IMG/VR virus record: IMGVR_UViG_3300032516_000005
Source of the DNA: a virus
Reading direction: 5' to 3' (one strand)
DNA: 64,000 nt
The notes under the pieces were generated by a model. It saw only the letters and a list, made by a program, of their open reading frames with translations. It did not search any database and was not told the DNA's origin. Of the stretch, positions 45,178 to 54,252 are shown piece after piece. Within the stretch, counting starts at the first letter, position 1; every line of letters starts with the position of its first letter. The translations under genes and the position numbers were made by a program.

Positions 45178-47199
45178 TTACTGCATCGCCCGACGAACTT
45201 TGGCGAGCCCGTCGATCTGTGCCTTCTTGCCCAACTGGAACCACTTGGAGGCACCCTGCGGAACACGTGTCATGAGGACGCGCGCACACGCCGCGCTGAT
45301 CTCAGGCAGGAGCCGCTCGGTGTAGATCCACGACGCCCACAGGTCCTTGTCGGCGACGCGTGCGAGCAGACCGACCGCGGCGATCTGGCGATCTTTTTGT
45401 TCCGGCACTTTCGCCTTGACGGGATCGCGCAGGATGTCGTCGATCGACGGCAGATGCTTGCGCATCTTGCGAATGGCCAGGAACGCGATGGCCTTGGCCT
45501 CACCGACCGCACCGGACAGGATCGCGTAGCCGATGTCATCCTCGTCCTTGCCAACGTTGAAGCCGACGCCGGCCTTCGCGCAGTAGCTCGCGTACGCACG
45601 CAGGCCACGCTCCCAGGCGCGGGGGCTCGCAAACGGGGCACCTGCGTCGATGGCCGCGCGGGGCGGCGTCATGTCGAGCAGGTCGCTGTTGACGCTGAGG
45701 GTCGCGGAAAAGTCGAGGAACTCCTCGTGGAGGCGCGTCTCGGGGTTGCCGACGCTGTCGAAGAACGCGCGAATCTCGTCGAGCGTCGGCATGAAGTCGA
45801 CGATCTTGATGACGCGGTTGATGCTGGCAGCCGACATCTCGATGCCACCGGGGCACTCCTCGGGTCGGTTCGCGGCACCGACGACGCAGCTCTCGGGGTG
45901 GAGAGGTGTACTGCCCGCATAGTGCTCCAGCAGGAGGCGCATGAGCGGTGCCTGGACGCTCGGCGGGACGCTGGTCAACTCGTCGAGGAACAACAGGCCC
46001 GGTGCTTCGACGCAGGCTTGGATCTGCGAGATCAGGGCGCGGCGCAGTACGCCGTCGACGATGTACGGCAGGCCGGCGATGTCGACGGCGTCGCAGTTTC
46101 CGGTGACGACACCGAACGGCAACAGGAAACTGCGATCGTGCTCGACTTCGAGGCACCACACGGCATCCACCTGCTGTAAATCTTCGATCGCGCGCACACG
46201 CCAGACCGCATTGTGATGTGCCTGCACCGTATCGAGGTTTTCACTGAGCGAAAACCGTACCGTAGCTGCGGTACGGGCACCGTAGTTGGTTGCCGTACCC
46301 GTCATGTCTACCTCGCCCGTAATGTAGAGACCAACGGCAGGGAACACCGTGCGGACGAACTTGATCGAGGCATCACCCGTGACCTGTAGCCGGTGCCAAC
46401 GAGTGGTGTTGACGTGTCGGTCCTTCCTTGCTTTGGAGGCGTCGGCGTCGACGAACCCGCGTACGAACGCACGGAGGATCGGGAGCGGTGTCGAATCGGG
46501 ATCCGGAAGGCGCTTGAAGTGCTCCAACGAAGTGACGATGATGTCGCCCTCCAAGCCCTTCACGTTAGCTACACGGAAGTCGCCGTCCCGCGTGAAGCGA
46601 TTCAGGTATGTGACCTTCTTGCCGCACAAGCGCAGGCGCACGCCACTTTCCTTGCCGTGATTGACGTAGGTTGCGCCATCACCCCACACGAATCCTGCAC
46701 GCCATGCGTGGCGCTCTTCAAGAGACGCGCGCTCGAAGTCAAACGTCGAGAACATGGTCGGTGCAGACGCCAACCTGTCGCCAACCTGGAGGTCCGTCGT
46801 CTGCGTGCCGTCGGCGAGATGCCAGCGATGATTACGTGTCGTACGTACCGCCGTTGGCGCGCCCGTGGTACCGCGTTGCAATGTCACGGCGAACACGGAC
46901 TGTTGCCCGAAGTGTCGAACGATCGCTGCTTGTACCGCACCGGTATGGGAGATGACGTTGATGCGATCACCGTCGTGGAAGTCAGCGAACCGTCGAACGC
47001 CGCGATCCGTGACGAATGCGGTTTCTGCACCGAAGCAGTTGCTGGCGAGCAGCTCATGGCAGGGCAGGTTGACTTCGAGCGCGACGGACCGAAAAAGTGC
47101 GGTCTTACCGACGCCTGGCGGGCCAACGACGAGCGGGGTGATCTTGGCGTCGACGCAGGCGATCAGGGCCTGCTTGGCTTGGGCAAATGACAATGACAT
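45178..47199 (-). CDS. MoxR-like AAA+ ATPase, intein-containing
   Basis: GPPGVGKT, LFLDEL, GAANR, SPRAWE. Confidence 0.9.
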   Translation of the reverse strand: MSLSFAQAKQALIACVDAKITPLVVGPPGVGKTALFRSVALEVNLPCHELLASNCFGAETAFVTDRGVRRFADFHDGDRINVISHTGAVQAAIVRHFGQQSVFAVTLQRGTTGAPTAVRTTRNHRWHLADGTQTTDLQVGDRLASAPTMFSTFDFERASLEERHAWRAGFVWGDGATYVNHGKESGVRLRLCGKKVTYLNRFTRDGDFRVANVKGLEGDIIVTSLEHFKRLPDPDSTPLPILRAFVRGFVDADASKARKDRHVNTTRWHRLQVTGDASIKFVRTVFPAVGLYITGEVDMTGTATNYGARTAATVRFSLSENLDTVQAHHNAVWRVRAIEDLQQVDAVWCLEVEHDRSFLLPFGVVTGNCDAVDIAGLPYIVDGVLRRALISQIQACVEAPGLLFLDELTSVPPSVQAPLMRLLLEHYAGSTPLHPESCVVGAANRPEECPGGIEMSAASINRVIKIVDFMPTLDEIRAFFDSVGNPETRLHEEFLDFSATLSVNSDLLDMTPPRAAIDAGAPFASPRAWERGLRAYASYCAKAGVGFNVGKDEDDIGYAILSGAVGEAKAIAFLAIRKMRKHLPSIDDILRDPVKAKVPEQKDRQIAAVGLLARVADKDLWASWIYTERLLPEISAACARVLMTRVPQGASKWFQLGKKAQIDGLAKVRRAMQ
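46096..47037 (-). mobile_element. intein (314 aa) with LAGLIDADG-like endonuclease
   Basis: N|CFGAET...TTRNHRW...GFVWGDG...GFVDADA...VWCLEV...VTGN|C. Confidence 0.85.
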
Positions 47200-47307
47200 G
47201 GTTCTGATAGCTCCCTAGGGTTTCTCGTGCTCGATCGTGGCGGCGACCAGTTGAGATTAGGATCGCTGCTGGGACTTGTCAAGAGTGTTATCGCAAGAGC
47301 GATCGGC

Positions 47308-47571
47308 CTATTCCGGCTTGACCCAGAACGTACCATCAGGCAGCCGAACCGCGGGCTCGAAGCTCGACAGCGCGAGCAGAACGTCGTATGCGTCGGCCCC
47401 AAGATAGCGGATGTACTGAGCAGCGATCTCACGGCTGAACTCGTGCGCGCCAGCTGTGTTCGCGGCGAGGATCGCTGCGCGAACGTTCTCGATGCGTGCG
47501 CCGCCAGGCAGGACTTCAGGCACCGACCAGAACTTGTGATCAGGCTTCGAACACTTCGGTCGGCGTCCCAT
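47308..47571 (-). CDS. hypothetical protein
   Basis: GGAG RBS. Confidence 0.5.
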   Translation of the reverse strand: MGRRPKCSKPDHKFWSVPEVLPGGARIENVRAAILAANTAGAHEFSREIAAQYIRYLGADAYDVLLALSSFEPAVRLPDGTFWVKPE

Positions 47572-47573
47572 AG

Positions 47574-47789
47574 CTACCACTCCGGTTTGACGTTGAGGAT
47601 GGCCCCGACCGTCGCAGGTTCGGGCGGGGAGTTTGTGTTCTGCTCGTCCACGAGCCGCTTGAGGATGGCCTCGGCGTGGCTCTGATTCTTCGCCGTGATC
47701 GTCATCCGCCACGTGCGCGTGAACTCCAGCTCGCATGTGAGCGGTACGTTGTTGATCTCGTCGATGAAGTCCTGCGCGTCATTCGCCAC
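47574..47789 (-). CDS. small hypothetical protein
   Basis: GAGG RBS; ITAKN..AE motif like the neighbour. Confidence 0.55.
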   Translation of the reverse strand: MANDAQDFIDEINNVPLTCELEFTRTWRMTITAKNQSHAEAILKRLVDEQNTNSPPEPATVGAILNVKPEW

Positions 47790-47988
47790 GGATCACCCTC
47801 ACCTTCGCGCTCTGGCTGATGACGTCGCCTTCACGCCAGTAGTTCGAGCCTGCGTTGTCGACTTCGTTCTCGGCCATCTGCTGCGCTTCCTCAGCGGTGC
47901 GCGCTTCGATCTCGACAGTCGCGACGTGCTCGATCTGCCGCTTGATGATGACCGTGTACTTCGACAGCTTCGCTTTGCGGTTAGCCAT
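47779..47988 (-). CDS. DpnD/PcfM-like small phage protein
   Basis: YTV.I......VEIEA.TAEEA..A; AAGGA RBS. Confidence 0.6.
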   Translation of the reverse strand: MANRKAKLSKYTVIIKRQIEHVATVEIEARTAEEAQQMAENEVDNAGSNYWREGDVISQSAKVRVIRGE

Positions 47989-48051
47989 GGCTACTTGATT
48001 TCCTTTGCGCGCCTGTGCCACGCGTGCGCGGGGGACGATGCTCGACATGAC

Positions 48052-48433
48052 CTACCCCTTCTCGTGATCGGTTGAACGCTTCGAGCCACCGACGTCGCCG
48101 AACCCGCCGACGACGTGCTCGTGGCCCCAAGCGTCCTTGACGGTCACGCTGCGGGCCTCGACGACCATCAGGCCGAGATTGTCGGCGGCCCAGACGTAGA
48201 CCCACTTGCGCGCGACGTGGGGCTCGCCGTCGTGCTTCGTGGGGCTCGCCGTCGTGCTTCTTGAGGAACTCGGCGACGCACCAGTCGATGCGCGCGCCAC
48301 GGATCGAGCCGTGCTTGGCGATCGCTTCGGCCGTCTGACCGGCGAACGCCGTACGCGACAGATACCACAGCTCGATCAGCTCGGTCTGGTCCTTGTCGTC
48401 GGGCTCGTAGCCGCCTACTTCACGTGCGCGCAT
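48052..48433 (-). pseudogene. gene frameshifted by a 22-bp tandem duplication
   Basis: GTGGGGCTCGCCGTCGTGCTTC x2 (48217-48260); removing one copy gives a 119-aa ORF. Confidence 0.75.
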
Positions 48434-48454
48434 GGTGGTTTGTCCTTGTAGGTT

Positions 48455-48490
48455 CAACGTTGTACGCGGTTGCACTATTCAAAGCAAGAG
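48455..48490 (-). promoter_or_regulatory. ECF-type promoter with upstream box
   Basis: CTCTTGCTTTGAAT-N17-CGTTG; also TTGCTT-N17-TACAAC. Confidence 0.55.
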
Positions 48491-48497
48491 CGACTTG

Positions 48498-48902
48498 CTA
48501 CGCGACGTACACCGCCGCGTACCAGCCCGTGCACTCCTCGACGTGAAACCCCGCCGCGCGGAGCTTGGCCTGCATACCTTCGTACAGCGTGTACGGCGTC
48601 GCGCTGGGCTTGCCGGTCTCCTGGTAGATCTCGCAATCGAGGTTGTATGCCGCGTCCATCGAGAACGCCGGCCGCAGATCACCGCCGTCGTACACGACGA
48701 TCAGCTCGGACTTCTTGCCGTACTCCTCGCCACGCGTGCGCCATGCCGTCGGCGAGTAGAATGCCGTGCAGCCGCCCGTGTGGGTCAGCTCGTGTGCCTT
48801 GAGGAACTCAACGATGATCGCGTGGGCCTTCTTACCCTTCGCGCTGAGGCCTTCGGGCATGTCGAGAGCGGTGTTCGTAGCGGTGACGGTGTTCGTGTTC
48901 AT
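48498..48902 (-). CDS. hypothetical phage protein
   Basis: AAGGAG RBS; GGC.AFYSP.AW..RGE.YG. Confidence 0.75.
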   Translation of the reverse strand: MNTNTVTATNTALDMPEGLSAKGKKAHAIIVEFLKAHELTHTGGCTAFYSPTAWRTRGEEYGKKSELIVVYDGGDLRPAFSMDAAYNLDCEIYQETGKPSATPYTLYEGMQAKLRAAGFHVEECTGWYAAVYVA

Positions 48903-48926
48903 GACAGCTCCTTGATCGTGATCGGG

Positions 48927-49157
48927 TCAGGGGTTCTTGAGGCGCCGCATCACGGCGCGGTAGACGGTGGGGCAGGTCTTCGCCAGGTGGTCGAGCGTCG
49001 CGCGCGCCTGGTCGCGCTTGGACTGTTCCTCGGGCCGATGGGTCTTGCCGAAGCAGAAGAACTCGATCAGGTCAGACTGCGCGCGGATGATCTTCTGCGC
49101 GAGTGGGCGCGACAGCAGCGCGTCGTCGAAGCCGTCGTTGTAGCGCGACGTCGACAT
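48927..49157 (-). CDS. hypothetical protein
   Basis: TGATG overlap with the helicase. Confidence 0.55.
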   Translation of the reverse strand: MSTSRYNDGFDDALLSRPLAQKIIRAQSDLIEFFCFGKTHRPEEQSKRDQARATLDHLAKTCPTVYRAVMRRLKNP

Positions 49158-51151
49158 CAGAACGGGCACTCCTCGGTGATTGCGATCTCGACGTCGTTCG
49201 TGGGGTCGGCCTTGTCGTTGTCAATCAGCATCGCCGCGAGCGCCGCGGTCGCCGCTGCGAGTTCCGCCTGCGCTGCCACGATCTTCGCGGTGTCTGCCGC
49301 GAGCGCCGCGGTATCGACCGTCGCGACCGTCGACGTCACGACCTCGGTCGCGCCAGCGCGCGCCGCGTCGATCGACGCCTCGATGATCTCGGTCTTCTCG
49401 GCGAGCAGCTCCGCGACGCGCCGGTCGAGCGCGTGAGCCGCCACGAGGCGGGTGATGACCACGCCGCGCGACTGGCCGATGCGATGGATGCGGTCCTGCG
49501 CCTGGCGGTTCAGGCTCGGGGTCCACTCCTCGTCGATGAACAGCGAGTTGGACGCGCGGGTCAGGGTGATCGCAACGCCGCCTGCCTTGATGCTGCACGC
49601 GACGCCCTTGAGCTTGCCGGCCTGGAACGCATTCTCGATCTCGGTCTTCTTCTCCGAAGACGTTGCGCCCGTGATCTTCGCCCAGCCGTCGCGCGCCCCG
49701 AGGACATCGAGCGGCGCAAGGTGCGCCGAGAACACGACGACGGGCTCGCCCGCCGACTCGAACGACTCGACCAGCTCGATCGCCGCGTCGAGCTTCGCGG
49801 TCGCGAGGGCCGCACGCGCCGCCGAGATCTGCTCGAAGCCGGGCGTCGCGTTCGCCGTCGCCGCGACCTTCGCCATCGCCTTCGCGAAGTCGACGCCGTT
49901 CGCTTCGAGGAGCGCGAGCGCCTGGTCGCACAGCTTCTTGGTCGACGCCGACAGGCCGTTGACCTCGATCGTGCGGACGGTCTTCTCGGGCAGCTGCGTG
50001 AGGACTTCGGACTTCACGCGGCGCAGCATGATGTTCTTGAGGCACTCGGCGACCTGCGCCGTCGGCTTGCCCCACTCGACGCCGTAGCGGCCGTCGTTCG
50101 CGTTCCACATGCGCTTGAACGCGTCGTAGCCGCCGAACACTTCGCGCCCCGCGCCCATCGCCTGGAGCAGCGCCCACAGCTCGGGCGCGTCGTTCAGGAT
50201 CGGCGTCGCCGTCAGCAGCCACACGCGGCCACCGTTCGCGCGTGCCGCCTGGGACAGCGCGCGGAACCGCGAGGTGCGCTGCGCGCTCGACGACTTGAGC
50301 GCGTGCGCCTCGTCGGCGATGATGACCGTGCCCGCGGGCGCGGTCGCCAGCTCGACGGGCAGGATCGCGGGGTAGCCCTTCTGCTTCGCCGCCTCGCCGG
50401 GGAGGATGTCGTAGTTGATGACGACCATCTCACCCGCGACCGGCCACCGGAACGACCCGCGGCCCGACAGCGCGACCGGCGTCAGGTCGGGACGGAACCG
50501 CGCCGCCTCGCGGACCCACACGCCCTTCGCGACGGCGGGGCAGATCACGAGGATGCCGGCACCGACGGGCGCCGCGCACAGCGCCTGCACCGTCTTGCCG
50601 AGGCCCATGTCGTCGGCGAGCACCGCGGTGGTACGGGGCGCGATCCACTCGATGCCGACGCCCTGGAAGCCGAACAGCGAGAGGCCGCGCGCACGGAGGG
50701 CAGCGTCGATCTGCGCCGCGCGACCCTGCGCCGCGGTGACCTCGGAAACGGCCTGAGCTGCCCGCGCCTGCATCGAGGCAACCAGCTCGGGCGAGACATC
50801 GCAGGTGAAGCCCGCCGCCTGGAGAGCCGCGATCAGCGCGGGAGCCTTGGACACGTCGCAGATCTGGCCGTTGTCAGCCTTGGAGTAGGACGCGCCCGCG
50901 GAGCGGGTGACCGCCAGGTACGTCTCGAACGAGCCGTTCAGGCGGCTGACGGGCGCGCAGAGCACCCGGCCGCCCGCGAGCACCAGGCGGATGACCAGCG
51001 CCAGGACAGCCTTGGCCGCGGTCTGGGCCGGGGACGTGCCGTGGGCCGCGCAGAGGACGATCCAGCGGCCGTTCAGCTTGGTCGCCTCGCCCGCCTGGGC
51101 AGCGACGCGGGTTCCGCAGGTTCCGCAGCTTCCGGGGTAGTTGTTGCGCAT
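49157..51151 (-). CDS. SNF2-family helicase (SMARCAL1/HARP-like)
   Basis: LADDMGLGKT, DEAH, TATP, RRVK, QAQDRIHRIGQ; N-terminal Zn finger; AAGGA RBS. Confidence 0.9.
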   Translation of the reverse strand: MRNNYPGSCGTCGTRVAAQAGEATKLNGRWIVLCAAHGTSPAQTAAKAVLALVIRLVLAGGRVLCAPVSRLNGSFETYLAVTRSAGASYSKADNGQICDVSKAPALIAALQAAGFTCDVSPELVASMQARAAQAVSEVTAAQGRAAQIDAALRARGLSLFGFQGVGIEWIAPRTTAVLADDMGLGKTVQALCAAPVGAGILVICPAVAKGVWVREAARFRPDLTPVALSGRGSFRWPVAGEMVVINYDILPGEAAKQKGYPAILPVELATAPAGTVIIADEAHALKSSSAQRTSRFRALSQAARANGGRVWLLTATPILNDAPELWALLQAMGAGREVFGGYDAFKRMWNANDGRYGVEWGKPTAQVAECLKNIMLRRVKSEVLTQLPEKTVRTIEVNGLSASTKKLCDQALALLEANGVDFAKAMAKVAATANATPGFEQISAARAALATAKLDAAIELVESFESAGEPVVVFSAHLAPLDVLGARDGWAKITGATSSEKKTEIENAFQAGKLKGVACSIKAGGVAITLTRASNSLFIDEEWTPSLNRQAQDRIHRIGQSRGVVITRLVAAHALDRRVAELLAEKTEIIEASIDAARAGATEVVTSTVATVDTAALAADTAKIVAAQAELAAATAALAAMLIDNDKADPTNDVEIAITEECPF

Positions 51152-51158
51152 GTCCTTG

Positions 51159-51200
51159 AGACGGGACCCCCGGTCCGACATTCAACAAAGCGAGAGTAAA
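51159..51200 (-). promoter_or_regulatory. ECF-type promoter with upstream box
   Basis: TTTACTCTCGCTTTGTTGAAT-N16-CGTCT. Confidence 0.6.
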
Positions 51201-51330
51201 TTGCTAACTAGGCATGAAAACAGGGGTTTTTAGGGTGAAATTCGGGGTCGTGGGAGGCAGATCCCGGCTGGGATCGACCCACTCCCGGGGTGTTTCTGGG
51301 CCGGGCTCCCTCGAACGTATCCTTTGATCC

Positions 51331-51360
51331 GGTCGATCCCATCCGGGATCGACCTTTTTT
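51331..51360 (+). terminator. intrinsic terminator-like hairpin
   Basis: GGTCGATCCC-atcc-GGGATCGACC-TTTTTT. Confidence 0.6.
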
Positions 51361-51396
51361 ACTCTCGCTTTGAATGGCGCGCCGCGCGCGCCGTCT
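51358..51396 (+). promoter_or_regulatory. ECF-type promoter with upstream box
   Basis: TTTACTCTCGCTTTGAAT-N16-CGTCT. Confidence 0.6.
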
Positions 51397-51404
51397 GGCC
51401 TTTC

Positions 51405-52184
51405 ATGATGACTGCTTTGATGACCGCCCCGCTCGCTTCGATCGATGCGCGCCTCGTGCGGCGCCTGGAGCGCGAGTACAACCGCGCTATCTGCGTCGAG
51501 GAGGATGCCCCGACCGAGCGCCAGGCGTATCGCTTGGCGGCGGTCTCGGAGCGTTGCCTGCGTCGCCTGCAGGCCGCACGCGCGGGGCTGCCGCTCCCCG
51601 AGGTCAAGCTGCCGCGCACGGCGCGCAACATGGCCAAGCAGGGCCTCGCGGCCCTCGCGACGATCGGCCGTGTCATCGCCCGCGCGCTGACCCGCGAGGC
51701 GTCCCTGCGTAAGGCGCAGGCCGCTGCTGCGCTCGCTCGCGTTGCCCGCAAGGCTGCCCGCCTCGTGCGCCAGGCGCTGCGCGCGGCGGTCCGCGCCGTT
51801 GCGCGCCGTGCGCTGCTGATCGCTTCTATCTTCGTCGTCACCGTCACCCCCACCAAGGAGTCTTCGATGAACGTTCCCAAGCTCGCTTCGCGCATCCACG
51901 CCGGTCAGGGTCACAACTACTGCCAGATCTCGGTCGACGGCTTCGACGGCAACGCCACCGACTCGCCGGACGGCGGGCACGGTCTTTTGATGTACACCGA
52001 TCGCTCGGTCGGCCTCGCGATGCGCGCGGAGCTGCGCGGCGATCGCTTCGTGTTCACGGGCGGCCTGTTCGGCGAGCACAGTCTCGCAGCGCAGGGTGAG
52101 ATCACGGACGCGGCGCGTCTGCTCGCGCACTGGAACGGCTACGTCGCCACCAACGTCGAGCGCGCGACTGGCGGTGCGTCGTGA
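51405..52184 (+). CDS. Ala/Arg-rich protein with in-frame internal start at 51867
   Basis: ATG 8 nt after -10; AAGGAG before internal ATG 51867. Confidence 0.55.
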   Translation: MMTALMTAPLASIDARLVRRLEREYNRAICVEEDAPTERQAYRLAAVSERCLRRLQAARAGLPLPEVKLPRTARNMAKQGLAALATIGRVIARALTREASLRKAQAAAALARVARKAARLVRQALRAAVRAVARRALLIASIFVVTVTPTKESSMNVPKLASRIHAGQGHNYCQISVDGFDGNATDSPDGGHGLLMYTDRSVGLAMRAELRGDRFVFTGGLFGEHSLAAQGEITDAARLLAHWNGYVATNVERATGGAS

Positions 52185-52462
52185 AGGTCGCTGTTCCGAC
52201 GGTCCACCTGAACGGCACAGGCGGCAAGCAACTGCAAACGCAGTTGCACGCTCAAGCCACGGCGATTCAGGCTGCAATCGACGTGATCGCCAACAACGCA
52301 CCGCACGGGCGCGACTACTACGTGCAGGACGGTGACGCGTACAGCGTCGCGCGGGCACAGCACGACGCGCGTCTCGCAGCACTGCGCAAGATCCTCGAAG
52401 AGCTGGCGACGATCCACGACCACGTTACCGATCAACTCAACCACACGCAGAGGAGCAAGTAG
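52181..52462 (+). CDS. conserved phage protein
   Basis: PTVHLNGT...APHGRDYYVQ..A...H..R. Confidence 0.75.
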   Translation: MKVAVPTVHLNGTGGKQLQTQLHAQATAIQAAIDVIANNAPHGRDYYVQDGDAYSVARAQHDARLAALRKILEELATIHDHVTDQLNHTQRSK

Positions 52463-52464
52463 CC

Positions 52465-52659
52465 ATGACCACCAAGGCGTTCACGATCGTTCGCAAGCCG
52501 GTCGGCGTCGGCTGCCCGGCATGCCACAAGGCCAAGCGCCTGCACGGCGTGATGTTCCGGCTCACGCTCTCGCGGCTCGAAGAGGGCCTCGGCCACGAGG
52601 GCTTCCAGTGCGACAAGTGTGGCGAGCGCGTCAAGTACGTGCCGCAGAAGGAAGGCTAG
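52465..52659 (+). CDS. small Zn-ribbon protein
   Basis: CPAC..CDKC; GGAG RBS. Confidence 0.6.
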   Translation: MTTKAFTIVRKPVGVGCPACHKAKRLHGVMFRLTLSRLEEGLGHEGFQCDKCGERVKYVPQKEG

Positions 52660-52661
52660 CC

Positions 52662-53012
52662 ATGATGATCAAGCGCAAGACCAAAGAGGAGTTCAAGCCG
52701 TTCAAGGCGCGTCTACTCGTCTATCCCGATCCCGGTGCGATGACTGGTCACAACGGCACGCCGAACCCCGCGGCGGCGATGCACCGCTTCGGGATCGGCG
52801 AGGGTGAGCTGCACGCGAACACAGCCGACAACGCGAAGCACGGCGACCAGATCCTGCCCGCGCTGGAGATCACCGTGCCCGGCTTCGGTACGCTCCACGT
52901 TTCGCCTGGCGAGCTGCACCAGCTGCTCGTGATGATTGAGGAGGTCCAGGCGAAGGCTCGCCACGCGGCGACGTTCGTCGGCCGCGAGTGCGCAGTGTCG
53001 GGGACGGTGTAG
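52662..53012 (+). CDS. hypothetical protein
   Basis: AAGG RBS. Confidence 0.6.
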   Translation: MMIKRKTKEEFKPFKARLLVYPDPGAMTGHNGTPNPAAAMHRFGIGEGELHANTADNAKHGDQILPALEITVPGFGTLHVSPGELHQLLVMIEEVQAKARHAATFVGRECAVSGTV

Positions 53013-53166
53013 CCATGAAGGGCCGCATGAACTGGCAGCTCGACTGCGCGTACAACGAAGCTCAGAAGCGGACGTTCCACGCGACGGTGCAGTCGCGCCT
53101 TCGCATCCTCGCGATCATCGAATTGCGCCTGGAGCCGAACACGTTCGATGTCCCATGCCTATCCGG

Positions 53167-53195
53167 TTGACACCCATCGCATCCGTGGCTAGTGT
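53167..53195 (+). promoter_or_regulatory. sigma70-type promoter starting in the left TIR
   Basis: TTGACA-N17-TAGTGT. Confidence 0.6.
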
Positions 53196-53202
53196 ATAGA
53201 GC

Positions 53203-53508
53203 ATGGAGACCTCTCAAATGTCGAATCAAGCACTTACGGACTCCGAAAAGATGGCATCGCATCGCGAGCGTGCCGCGCGTGCCAAGCATGTGGTCTTCAA
53301 GAAGATCTGCCGCGGGCTCTACATCAGCCACAAGTACGGTATGGGCCTCAGCCACGAGAGCGTCTGGAGCAAGTACGACGGACGCAAATGGGTCCTCTCG
53401 TGGAGCGAGACGTCCGGTCTCGGACTGTTGACGCCGAACAAGCGCACCAAGAAGTTCGATACCGCCGCCGAGGCGCGGGCTTACGCGAACGCGTTGGTGG
53501 GGGGCTAG
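53203..53508 (+). CDS. IS passenger gene 1, hypothetical
   Basis: first ORF inside the element; alternative start 53218 with GGAG. Confidence 0.6.
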   Translation: METSQMSNQALTDSEKMASHRERAARAKHVVFKKICRGLYISHKYGMGLSHESVWSKYDGRKWVLSWSETSGLGLLTPNKRTKKFDTAAEARAYANALVGG

Positions 53509-53511
53509 CCC

Positions 53512-53865
53512 GTGCCCGTGCGATGGAAACGTTCGGTCGATGGCTTCGTGGAGTCCCACGACGGTCGCTGGCGGATCACGCCGAACTACTCTAGTTGCGT
53601 CACCGCGCAGTCCTTCCGGCTCGTGCGCGACGGAAAGACCGTGAGCTACAACGCGTCGACTCAGCGCGACGCCAAGGCAGAGGCCGATCGACTCGTCAGG
53701 CCCTGCTACTGCAACGGAAGGGGGTGCGACCGTCGCCATCCCGGGCAGTTGCAGTGCACGAAGTGCCGCGGAACGGCATGGGTGTCTGGCGAGGATCGCA
53801 AGGGCGCACCGATCCACTTGTGCGCCGTCTGCAAGGTCCCAATGCCTCCACCCGAGGCGGATTAA
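53512..53865 (+). CDS. IS passenger gene 2, Cys-rich hypothetical
   Basis: ES.DGRW.I; CYCNGRGC, CTKCRG, CAVC. Confidence 0.6.
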   Translation: MPVRWKRSVDGFVESHDGRWRITPNYSSCVTAQSFRLVRDGKTVSYNASTQRDAKAEADRLVRPCYCNGRGCDRRHPGQLQCTKCRGTAWVSGEDRKGAPIHLCAVCKVPMPPPEAD

Positions 53866-54249
53866 ATGACGAAGCGCTTCTATCGATTCGTCAACGATCA
53901 CGGTGGCCTGTTTCGGATGACCGAGACCAACTACCGTCGCTACCTGCTTGCCGGCACTCGGACTGACAAATCCGCCGATCCTGAGGAGTACGGCGTCTGC
54001 ATCGGGGACGTGCTCACGGTCACCAAGTTCACGACGACCGAGTTTTCCGACGAGTACAACCACGAGGCTCGGCGGGTCGACAAGGCGCTCGCGATCGTCT
54101 GCCCCAAATGTGGGGCTGATGCCGGGAAAGCGTGCCTCTCGCTCGACAAGCGCTGGCAAGCTGAGAAGTGCCGGACGCTCGGCATCCTCGACAACGGCTG
54201 GCGCAAGACTCCGCACCGAGAGCGCGTACAGATCGCGAAGGGTCGGTAG
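53866..54249 (+). CDS. IS passenger gene 3, Zn-finger protein
   Basis: CPKCGADAGKAC..PHRER. Confidence 0.6.
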   Translation: MTKRFYRFVNDHGGLFRMTETNYRRYLLAGTRTDKSADPEEYGVCIGDVLTVTKFTTTEFSDEYNHEARRVDKALAIVCPKCGADAGKACLSLDKRWQAEKCRTLGILDNGWRKTPHRERVQIAKGR

Positions 54250-54252
54250 CCT

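Noticed and set aside
49103-51199. 698-aa plus-strand ORF, and similar long ORFs 2581..4062, 53062..55350, 15843..17006
   Set aside because: Antisense shadows of well-supported genes (helicase, ATPase, IS contents, fibre); expected in high-GC DNA and no motifs seen
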